NCBI GenBank assembly: GCA_041651055.1
Contig: JBAZJW010000001.1
Location: forward strand, 20,737-84,736
DNA: 64,000 nt
Reading direction: 5' to 3'
Source of the DNA: Minisyncoccota bacterium
Lineage (GTDB): Bacteria; Patescibacteriota; Minisyncoccia; Phycocordibacterales; UBA5272
Positions 52,829 to 61,091 of the stretch are shown piece after piece. Both the position numbers and the translations under genes were made by a program. How positions within the stretch are numbered: position 1 is the first letter of the stretch; every line of letters starts with the position of its first letter. The notes beneath the pieces were generated by a model. It saw only the letters and a program-made list of their open reading frames with translations, was not told where the DNA came from and did not search any database.

Positions 52829-53329
52829 ATGATTATTCTTCTGGACGGTTCAAAAGGGGCAGGTAAAAGCACGACAGCAAAGTTACTCTGTGATGTATTA
52901 AATAATTCAGTATCCTTAAGTATCGATAGCGAAAGAGCTTTACTGGTTAATCAAGAAGAAAAAACAATACAAGAAAGAAATAAAGAAGCTTTCGAAATCT
53001 TGCTACATAAGTGCTCTTCCTTTGTCGATGAGGATAAAACTGTAGTTATAGATTGTGGTTTAATTGCTGAGAGAGTTCTTCAAATGGAAAAGCTGGCAGA
53101 AGAGAAGAGTGTTTCTTTACATAAATTTCTATTAAAAGCATCTTACGACACCCAATTAGAAAGAGTTCGAGAAAGAGACACATTAAAAGGTAAGGAAACC
53201 GATGTGGATAGATTTAAAAAAATTCATGACAGTCTTCACAGTAAATCTTTTGAAGATTTTATCTCTATCGAAACTGATAAAAACAATCCTGAAGAAGTTG
53301 TGAACATGATCTTAAGCAATATAGTGTAA
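52829..53329 (+). CDS. P-loop nucleotide kinase-like protein
   Basis: GSKGAGKST, VVID, ERVRERD lid. Confidence 0.8.
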   Translation: MIILLDGSKGAGKSTTAKLLCDVLNNSVSLSIDSERALLVNQEEKTIQERNKEAFEILLHKCSSFVDEDKTVVIDCGLIAERVLQMEKLAEEKSVSLHKFLLKASYDTQLERVRERDTLKGKETDVDRFKKIHDSLHSKSFEDFISIETDKNNPEEVVNMILSNIV

Positions 53330-53392
53330 AGCGAGATAGTTTTGTGACCGATTCTCGCCCTTTTAATTCCGGAGCTGGTATACTGTTTGTAT

Positions 53393-53767
53393 ATGGAAGG
53401 AGGATGTCACTGTAAAGCAATACGGTTTACAACAAACCAAGAAACATCTTGGGTTGGTGCTTGTTATTGTATTGATTGTAGAAAAATAAGCGGAGCACCA
53501 TATGTTGTGTGGGCCATGTATGACACTGACAAGGTTGAGGTTATTGGAACGCCCAAGATATACTCTTCATCTCAAAACGTTAACCGTTCATTTTGTGAAA
53601 AATGTGGGTCACCCTTCTCGTATCAATATAAAGACCGGTTAGATAAAATGGGTATCCCTATTGGTATTTTTGATAAAGCAAATGGCTTCAAATTGCAGAA
53701 ACATATCTGGGTTTCTCAGAAGTTATCATGGTTACATATTGATGACCATTTACCACAAGAACAATGA
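53393..53767 (+). CDS. GFA/CENP-V family Zn protein
   Basis: GGCHC, CYC.DCRK.SG and RSFC..CGS motifs. Confidence 0.9.
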   Translation: MEGGCHCKAIRFTTNQETSWVGACYCIDCRKISGAPYVVWAMYDTDKVEVIGTPKIYSSSQNVNRSFCEKCGSPFSYQYKDRLDKMGIPIGIFDKANGFKLQKHIWVSQKLSWLHIDDHLPQEQ

Positions 53768-54300
53768 ACAACAGCCATTCTTACAAAAATAGAAAATATG
53801 AAGTAGTTCCATATGATGTAATGTGGCCAAAATTATTTGAAAATTACTCCTTAACAATAAAAAAGATATTTGGAAATGTTTCTATTGAGCATATTGGAAG
53901 CACGTCTATACCCGGCATGTCCGGAAAATCGTGTATAGATATATTGGTGATAGTAAAAGATCTATCTGATGTTGAAAAACATATAGAAGAAATGAAGCAG
54001 TCAGGTTTTGATTATTCGGGAGAATTTGTTATGAAAAATTCTCGGCTTTTTAGAGTTGTAGCTGACAATGTTTTGTATGCTAATGTACACTTTTTCCCTG
54101 AAGGACATATCCATAACAAGGAAATGCTTGACCTAAGAGATTATCTTAGAAATCATCCGGAAGAGGTTGAGGCTTATTCAGTTTTGAAAAAGAATCTTTA
54201 TATACAACATGCTAATGATTATGCTTTATATCGTAAATACAAAGATGAATACATGAATAATCTTATGGAGAGAGTGGCCAAAGATAAGAAAGGGGCATAG
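53764..54300 (+). CDS. GrpB family nucleotidyltransferase-like protein
   Basis: EHIGSTSIPG..K..IDI, RDYLR.HP, Y...K. Confidence 0.92.
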   Translation: MNNSHSYKNRKYEVVPYDVMWPKLFENYSLTIKKIFGNVSIEHIGSTSIPGMSGKSCIDILVIVKDLSDVEKHIEEMKQSGFDYSGEFVMKNSRLFRVVADNVLYANVHFFPEGHIHNKEMLDLRDYLRNHPEEVEAYSVLKKNLYIQHANDYALYRKYKDEYMNNLMERVAKDKKGA

Positions 54301-54320
54301 TATACGTTCGAGAACAATTT

Positions 54321-54995
54321 CTAAAACTCTTCCATCTCTCCCGCTTCAAACCTGCACTCCTTCCCGTTGACCATAAACCTCAAACTCTTTGCATGTAGCA
54401 GTATGCGTGACGATTCCACTGTGCTCCCATACGCCACGTCTCCCACAATTGGATGCCCGATAGATGTCATGTGTGCACGCAGTTGGTGTGTCCTTCCCGT
54501 TTTTGGAATGAGTTTTACAAGAGCTGAGCATTCTCTTCGTTCTATTACTTCCACATCAGTAATTGCTTCTCGTAGTTCTCCTCGTGGATTCACCGGATTC
54601 GTTGATTGCTTATACTCTTTTTTACCGCGACCGAGCGGGGCATTAATTCTAAAAGAATCTTTTTCCATAATTCCTTCTACAAGCGCTACGTATTCTTTTT
54701 GTGTCGTATGATTTCGGAATTGTTCTTTGAGTTCACTATAGATCTCTTCATTTTTTGCGATAACCATGACACCAGAAGTGTCTCTGTCTAATTTGTGGAC
54801 AATGCCTCCCAAAGAAATTTCTCGACCATCTTGAAGGGTGATGGCATTGTTAATTGAAAACATTTCAGGTGCATGAGTATGGAGAAAATCTAAAACAGTC
54901 TCTTCCTCAGAAAAGTCGAAAGGGTGCACGACAACTCCGGAGGGTTTATTGATAACAAGAATATTTGTATCCTCGAATATAACAGGGATTTTCAT
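54321..54995 (-). CDS. RluA family pseudouridine synthase
   Basis: NKPSG..VHP, HKLDRDTSG, TGRTHQLR.H, GHPIVGD. Confidence 0.93.
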   Translation of the reverse strand: MKIPVIFEDTNILVINKPSGVVVHPFDFSEEETVLDFLHTHAPEMFSINNAITLQDGREISLGGIVHKLDRDTSGVMVIAKNEEIYSELKEQFRNHTTQKEYVALVEGIMEKDSFRINAPLGRGKKEYKQSTNPVNPRGELREAITDVEVIERRECSALVKLIPKTGRTHQLRAHMTSIGHPIVGDVAYGSTVESSRILLHAKSLRFMVNGKECRFEAGEMEEF

Positions 54996-55047
54996 GGTAC
55001 TCGCACTCTACCACGTTTTCGTGTATAATTCCTCTTGTAATTGATAT

Positions 55048-55129
55048 GCCCGGGTGGCGAAATTGGTAGACGCACTTGCCTTAGGAGCAAGCGCCGCAAG
55101 GCATGAAGGTTCAAGTCCTTTCCCGGGCA
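55048..55129 (+). tRNA. tRNA-Leu(TAG)
   Basis: Cloverleaf; CTTGC-CTTAGGA-GCAAG anticodon arm. Confidence 0.95.
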
Positions 55130-55315
55130 CAAATGTAAAAAAGCAAAGTCGTTCGACTTTGCTTTTTTACATTTGTGCCCGGGAAGTAAATGACCTGCGT
55201 CATTTACGTAAGGACTTGAATAGGGCGAGCCATCAGGCGAGTGTCAAGCGTGACTTCGAGGAGTCTCCTGTTTTAGGTATTCCTGAAACGAGACGAGGTG
55301 ACCAATTCCTTTCTC
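55130..55315 (+). repeat. tRNA 3' mirror element of tRNA-Leu(TAG)
   Basis: Perfect antisense split by hairpin 55186-55207; direct copy 55303-55315. Confidence 0.92.
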
Positions 55316-55382
55316 AAATTTATACAAAATGAAAACACCTCACAAGAAAGCCTTTTGGTTTTCTTGTGAGGTGCAGCCGCTA

Positions 55383-55586
55383 TCACTTTTTTGCTGGCAC
55401 TTGCCCTGGAATGCACGGAACAGGTTTTCCGTCTTGCCCCAGCACAGGAGTGCCAACGTTGGTATAGAGTGTCTTTGACACTTCAAAACAAACCGTCTTG
55501 GTCGGGTCAAAACTTTTCGGTGGATTGCTAGTGCACGTTGAAAGCACTATTGCTGTCAAAATTAAAAAAAGCCAGTATGATTGCAT
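55383..55586 (-). CDS. Small secreted/lipoprotein-like protein
   Basis: AGGAGG RBS; signal-like N-terminus; 3 Cys. Confidence 0.55.
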   Translation of the reverse strand: MQSYWLFLILTAIVLSTCTSNPPKSFDPTKTVCFEVSKTLYTNVGTPVLGQDGKPVPCIPGQVPAKK

Positions 55587-55789
55587 TTTGCCCTCCTAAG
55601 GCAGTTGAAGGAACCTCTGTTAATAATAAAACTACAAGTTTTTAATTGACTTGTCAACTCTCTCGTCTTTACAGATAAGACTTTTATGTGTCAACGCCAA
55701 AAAAAGGGACCTTGAATAAGTCCTTGCCCCTTGTATTCCCCCTCCAATCGGCGTAGTGTAAGAAAATAGGCGCTCGTACGTCTGTATCT

Positions 55790-56296
55790 ATGGAGTTATA
55801 TACACAATATCTCGCAAAGGCCTACGAAGAGCATTCAGATGCTATATTTAGATATTGCTTCTTTAAGATTTCGGATAGGGAAAAAGCTCTTGACTTAGTT
55901 CAGGAGACATACACGCATGTCTGGCAATATCTCATAAAGGGAAATGAAATTGATAATATAAAAACGTTTTTATACAGAACCGCCCGAAATCTTATTATTG
56001 ATGAGTATCGTAAAAAGAAAACATTCTCTCTCGATTCACTTATGGATTTAGGGTTTGAGCCAAAGGTGGAAGTTGAGGAAGCTCTCTATACAGAACTCGA
56101 TATCGCACAGGTTATGAAATGTGTAGAGCAATTACCTGAAAAGTACAGTTCCATTATTGTTATGCGTTACGTCAATGATTTATCTTTGACAGAAATTGCA
56201 TCCATTGTGAATGAGACTGAAAATGTTGTCTCTGTGAGAATATTTAGAGGTATCAGTAAGTTGCGTGCACTCGTTTTATTACCACACACGAAATGA
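55790..56296 (+). CDS. ECF sigma factor
   Basis: DLVQETY, FLYRTARNLIID..RK and region 4 HTH. Confidence 0.92.
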   Translation: MELYTQYLAKAYEEHSDAIFRYCFFKISDREKALDLVQETYTHVWQYLIKGNEIDNIKTFLYRTARNLIIDEYRKKKTFSLDSLMDLGFEPKVEVEEALYTELDIAQVMKCVEQLPEKYSSIIVMRYVNDLSLTEIASIVNETENVVSVRIFRGISKLRALVLLPHTK

Positions 56297-57279
56297 AAAA
56301 AATAACACTTAAAGAATTAAGAAATGAAGCGCAAACATTTTCGATGACGGAAAATGAAAAGAAAACCACATGGAATGGGGTTCTTTATCGTGTGAATGAG
56401 CTTCAGAAAAATAACGTGTGCACAACACCTGAAGCTTCTTTTGTAAGAAATATGATTCCGTCACGTCTCTACTATAGAGGGTTGCTACCAGCCCTCGACC
56501 TACGCACGATGGCTCATATAGGGAGAACCTACGTGCTCGGGCTAGTTATCGGATCGCTTGTCCTTTCTGGTGGGGTATCGGTTTTTGCAGATGACATTTT
56601 ACCTGGAGACATATTGTATCCAATAAAGGTCAATGTAGTTGAAGGAGCACATCTTGCGATTTCATTTACAACTCCTACAAAAGCTGCCACGGAAGCTACT
56701 TTAGCAACACGTCGTCTCGAAGAAGCTGAGAAATTAGCAGCTGAAGGAAGACTTGATCTAGAGACTGAAGAACAGGCAAACATTGCTTTCGATGCTCACA
56801 TTCGTAAGTTCAATGAGCACATTGAAACACTACAAGCAGAAGGGAATCCTAAAGAGGTGGTGGAAGTGGGCACATTTCTTCAAACAAGACTTGCTGTACA
56901 CGACGCCATCTTGAAGAATCTTGTTATTAATGATGAAAACTTTTCATTTCTAGAAGAATGGGCCGCATCAACAACAGATGCTCATCACAAGGTGTACACA
57001 GCTACTCGTCTAGAAAAGAAACTTTCTCAAGCAGTGATTCCCGTTGTGGTTGCCACTAAAAAGGCAATTGAAGATAGCGTGGATACTTCTTTGCATACAC
57101 CTATCGTTACAACCAAGCACACATTCACACACGGGATTCCTCTTGACATTAATTCCAAAGAAGCCGATGAGTATCTCGCGACACTTCGCAGGAAACTTAA
57201 ACTTAACCCTTCTCTCAAAATAGTTATTCCAATTTCTCCAGTGATTGATCCGATTACAACTCGTAGCAAGAAAGACTAA
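56293..57279 (+). CDS. Putative anti-sigma membrane protein (DUF5667-like)
   Basis: ATGA overlap with the sigma gene; TM then LPGDILYPIK...RRLEEA. Confidence 0.75.
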   Translation: MKKITLKELRNEAQTFSMTENEKKTTWNGVLYRVNELQKNNVCTTPEASFVRNMIPSRLYYRGLLPALDLRTMAHIGRTYVLGLVIGSLVLSGGVSVFADDILPGDILYPIKVNVVEGAHLAISFTTPTKAATEATLATRRLEEAEKLAAEGRLDLETEEQANIAFDAHIRKFNEHIETLQAEGNPKEVVEVGTFLQTRLAVHDAILKNLVINDENFSFLEEWAASTTDAHHKVYTATRLEKKLSQAVIPVVVATKKAIEDSVDTSLHTPIVTTKHTFTHGIPLDINSKEADEYLATLRRKLKLNPSLKIVIPISPVIDPITTRSKKD

Positions 57280-57319
57280 TAACGTTTCTAAAATTTAGTA
57301 ACCAATACAATATATACAC

Positions 57320-57994
57320 ATGAAAACTCTACAACGTTCTACAGTGACAAAGGTTCTTACTCCTGCTTTCGCAGCAGCAATTCTCGGTCTCGGTCTCTTT
57401 TCTACAGCATCAGCTGCAGACATGCTTACATCACAGCTTGATTTCGGTGCACGCGGTATTAATGTTACAAACCTCCAGTCATTCCTCGCTGAAACGCCTT
57501 CTATCTATCCACAAGGATTGGTAACAGGCTACTATGGGTCTCTTACCGTTCAAGCTGTAAAGAATTTCCAGGCAGTATACGGATTTGATCAGGTTGGTCG
57601 TGTTGGTCCACAAACACTTGCTAAAATCAATTCATTGATTGCAAATGGTGGGTCAGTAAGTGCTGATGTTTCAGGTCCGGCACTCTACTCTGTTGCTCAA
57701 AATATTGGACAGACATACAACACGTTCTCATGGGCAACTAATGAAAATGCATCTGCTCGTGTTTTCTATAGTACATCTCCAGTACAGTTCAATGAAGGAG
57801 ATATCACATCAGCTGGATTCGGAGCACGTACAGGACAAGTTGCTTCAACAGATAGTAACTTCCGCACAACGCACTCAGTGTCAGTTATGAATCTTCAACC
57901 AAATACAATCTACTACTACACACTCGTCTCAACTGACGCGTCAGGTAATGTAAGTGTGTTCGGTCCAAACAACACATTCCGAACAAATCAGTAA
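57320..57994 (+). CDS. Secreted peptidoglycan-binding protein with FnIII-like domain
   Basis: Signal peptide; V.NLQ.FL, TGYYG.LT..AV..FQ, G.VGPQT; NLQPNTIYYY. Confidence 0.85.
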   Translation: MKTLQRSTVTKVLTPAFAAAILGLGLFSTASAADMLTSQLDFGARGINVTNLQSFLAETPSIYPQGLVTGYYGSLTVQAVKNFQAVYGFDQVGRVGPQTLAKINSLIANGGSVSADVSGPALYSVAQNIGQTYNTFSWATNENASARVFYSTSPVQFNEGDITSAGFGARTGQVASTDSNFRTTHSVSVMNLQPNTIYYYTLVSTDASGNVSVFGPNNTFRTNQ

Positions 57995-58057
57995 TACTGG
58001 TTGAAGGGGAATAGGGTTTAACAAAAACCACATCTACGTTCGTAGATGTGGTTTTTG

Positions 58058-58453
58058 TTATTGGTCCTCTCGTTGACGATTGATACTTGCTTGGTATTCT
58101 TCCTGAGCTTTCTTTTCTTTTCGAAGGAGCTCATCGATATGTCTGCGATTTTTTTCTCCGTAATCAATTTCTATTTCAAAAAATGGAATGACTTTTACAG
58201 GGAGGCGCTTCATAACAGTATGACGAAGTTCACTTCTCATGCGCTTTGCGAAATCTAGCGCTGCGGGCTCCTTTTCTTCAGGAATAGCAGTGATATAAAT
58301 CGTGCCATGCTTCATGTCTGCGGACACTTCGGCGCGAGTAACTGTGATGAGCGAAAGACCAGAGGATTCACGCTGGAAAAAATCTTGAGCAATACCAAGA
58401 ATCTCAAGTGCGATTTGAGTTTGGCGTTTACTTGGTAATTTGTTTGCGTCCAT
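58058..58453 (-). CDS. rbfA: Ribosome-binding factor A
   Basis: ITVTRAEVSADMK motif; downstream of infB. Confidence 0.88.
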   Translation of the reverse strand: MDANKLPSKRQTQIALEILGIAQDFFQRESSGLSLITVTRAEVSADMKHGTIYITAIPEEKEPAALDFAKRMRSELRHTVMKRLPVKVIPFFEIEIDYGEKNRRHIDELLRKEKKAQEEYQASINRQREDQ

Positions 58454-58502
58454 TAACATAGATGATAGAAATAAAGGTGATAGGTGAGAGGAATGCAGAT
58501 TG

Positions 58503-60017
58503 TTAAATACGAGACTTCTCAACTAAAATTGCTTCGAGTATGTCCGATGGAATCATTTCAACTTTACTTTCAACCATGAGACCACATTCGTTTCCCTCGT
58601 TTACGACGTCTGTTTTAATTTTTTGTGACTGTAGTTCGATAATGCGTCCACGACCGAGTTCGACACCGCGACGAATGATTTTGACAACAGTGTTGTTTTG
58701 AATTTTACCAGTTTCAACTCTTCCTCCGATAACATGCTTGTCCTTTTGTGAACTAAACGTACGCATAAGCTTGAGTGTGCCGAGAACAACCTCTTTCTCT
58801 TCGTATGGAAGGCGGCTCTCTACGATAGTGTCGAACCACTCTGAAAGTTTGTAAATAATATCGAAAAGTTGTGGGGTGATTTTGAAACGATCTGCTTGGT
58901 CACGGGCTTTTGCTTCAAGCTTGACTGCAAAGCCGATGATAACCGTCTTTTCATCTGATGATGCGAGCATAATATCTCCTTCTGAAATAGTCCCTACACC
59001 TTCAGCGATGATTTTAATTTTGATATCATCTGTCTCACGTTTCTTCAGTTCACGTTTTACAGCATCGAGTGTACCAAGTGAATCAGCTTTAATAACAACA
59101 GGGATTACAACCTTCGCATTGCGATAGATTTTCGGATCAAGAACAGCTCGGATGGTGTTTTGTTTTGTTTCTGATTGAAGCACTTCCATGACTTTTTTAT
59201 CAGAAGAAGAAACGAAAATGGCACCAGACGCAGGGATTTCATCGAAACCTGTAACTTTGATAGGCTGGCCTGCATGAGGAGATTTGATTGGACGCCCTGC
59301 AAAGTCTTCGATAATACGAATAGGGGAAAGTGCTGTACCTGCGACGATTGCACCTGATGTTGCGAGTGTTCCATCTTTGATGATGAGCGTCGCTGATACA
59401 CCACGCTTTTGATCGACAAAACTTTCAAGTATGTATCCTGTAGCATCAGTACTTAGGTCTGCCTTTAATTCATTCATTTCAACCATAAGCAAAAGGGTTT
59501 CGAGAAGGAAGTCGACACCTTGGCCTGTCTTTGCAGAAATTTCTACACAAGGAATGTCTCCTCCGTATCCTTCGATATAAATTCCATGTTCAACGAGTGA
59601 GTTTTTTGTTTTTTGGATATCTGCACCCGGTTTGTCGACTTTGTTGATAGCAACAACATACGGAAGCTTGTGCTCGTCGATCGTCTTCCAGGCTTCTACG
59701 GTTTGCGCCTTTACACCATCTTCGGCAGAGACGATAAGAATAGCGATGTCTGCTATTTCCACACCTCGTTCACGCATACTTTGGAATGCGGCATGCCCTG
59801 GAGTATCCAAGAATGTGATGGCTTTAGTTGATCCATCTCCTAGTTTTTGATTAACTTCGTACGCTGAAATACGCTGTGTGATTCCACCAGCTTCACCGTC
59901 TACAACGTTTGATTTTCGTATGAAATCAAGGAGAGATGACTTTCCGTGATCGACATGGCCAAGAACCGCGATAACGGGTTGACGAGAAACAGCCTTCAAT
60001 TCAGAAGTTTTTGGCAT
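58503..60017 (-). CDS. infB: Translation initiation factor IF-2 (short form)
   Basis: GHVDHGKS, GEAGGITQ, DTPGH, NKVD, EGNECG. Confidence 0.97.
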   Translation of the reverse strand: MPKTSELKAVSRQPVIAVLGHVDHGKSSLLDFIRKSNVVDGEAGGITQRISAYEVNQKLGDGSTKAITFLDTPGHAAFQSMRERGVEIADIAILIVSAEDGVKAQTVEAWKTIDEHKLPYVVAINKVDKPGADIQKTKNSLVEHGIYIEGYGGDIPCVEISAKTGQGVDFLLETLLLMVEMNELKADLSTDATGYILESFVDQKRGVSATLIIKDGTLATSGAIVAGTALSPIRIIEDFAGRPIKSPHAGQPIKVTGFDEIPASGAIFVSSSDKKVMEVLQSETKQNTIRAVLDPKIYRNAKVVIPVVIKADSLGTLDAVKRELKKRETDDIKIKIIAEGVGTISEGDIMLASSDEKTVIIGFAVKLEAKARDQADRFKITPQLFDIIYKLSEWFDTIVESRLPYEEKEVVLGTLKLMRTFSSQKDKHVIGGRVETGKIQNNTVVKIIRRGVELGRGRIIELQSQKIKTDVVNEGNECGLMVESKVEMIPSDILEAILVEKSRI

Positions 60018-60173
60018 AATTTTATGGTGCAATTATACCACAAAAATCCTTAAAAGGATAGGCAAGAGGTGAGAGGATAAAGGGAAGAGAAAGAAGGAGT
60101 GACCACTTCCTTCGACAAGCTCAGGATAAATCGTGGTCACTCCTTCTTATCTGTATTTTCTATAAACTATAAA

Positions 60174-60656
60174 CTACCCCTTGTGTTCCTTCTTTGCTGC
60201 CCCGATAACAGACAGCTCTTCTTCGGTAAGTTCGTACGAACTCGCATATTTTTCTACAGGTTTTGCGAAGGTGTTGATACGATCACGAGCATGAAGAGAT
60301 GAGATGACTACACCGTTTCCTTTCTCATTCAAGAGTGCGATAGAGAAGCTTTGATTCGATCCTCCAACTTCGAAGGCTTTGTAACGAATTGTCTGTGCGT
60401 TGCGAAGAGCATTTGACACACGAGCGTCAAGTGTGAGAGCGTGTGAAGAAATGAGCTCGTTTCTTTTTTCTATTTCTGAAACAGCATCCACACATGATTT
60501 GATAACTGATTCAAGTGAAGCACCAGATTGACCTCGTGTGAAGCGGGCGATTTTGTAATGAAGGTATGCAATGTAAAGTAGTAAAAAAGAAAACAAGGTC
60601 ACAGCCAGAGTGTTTGGGTGTTGTGTCGTGTAGTTGAGGATCTGTGAAATATTCAT
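60174..60656 (-). CDS. DUF4446-like membrane-anchored protein
   Basis: RYKAF..GGSNQSFSIALL...NGVVISSL..R...AKP. Confidence 0.85.
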   Translation of the reverse strand: MNISQILNYTTQHPNTLAVTLFSFLLLYIAYLHYKIARFTRGQSGASLESVIKSCVDAVSEIEKRNELISSHALTLDARVSNALRNAQTIRYKAFEVGGSNQSFSIALLNEKGNGVVISSLHARDRINTFAKPVEKYASSYELTEEELSVIGAAKKEHKG

Positions 60657-61091
60657 GTGTGATGAGTGTAGCAGAAAAGTGATTGTCGCGGCAGGTGTGT
60701 ATAACCTTTCCTCGTATATCTTTTCTCTGACAAAAAGATATGATAGAATTATTACAGGTGCTCATTTGGAGTCTATCGCGGCTAAGGGCCGCACGGACTG
60801 AAAAATGTTTTCTATGGGTCAACTGACTACATTATATGTACTCATTGATTTTCCATAGAAAACATTTTTTTATTTGGTATGATAGAGTATCTCTTAAGCA
60901 GTGTGATCGTACATTGTGTATCTTCGCTCTTTAACAAGCAAAATATATTGCAGGTAGAGAACGCCGCACGGCGACTCCCTAAGCATTGCAGACTCAGGTC
61001 TGTCCTTCGTAAGATGCTTTTGAAAATACTGCACCGAAAGCCCGCACGCGAAAGCCTCTGTGGGTTTTCCTTTTTATGATAGAGTAAAGAC

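Noticed and set aside
60938-60982. tmRNA tag-like frame (AKYIAGRERRTATP*)
   Set aside because: No tRNA-like domain nearby and the peptide lacks the usual Ala-rich end.
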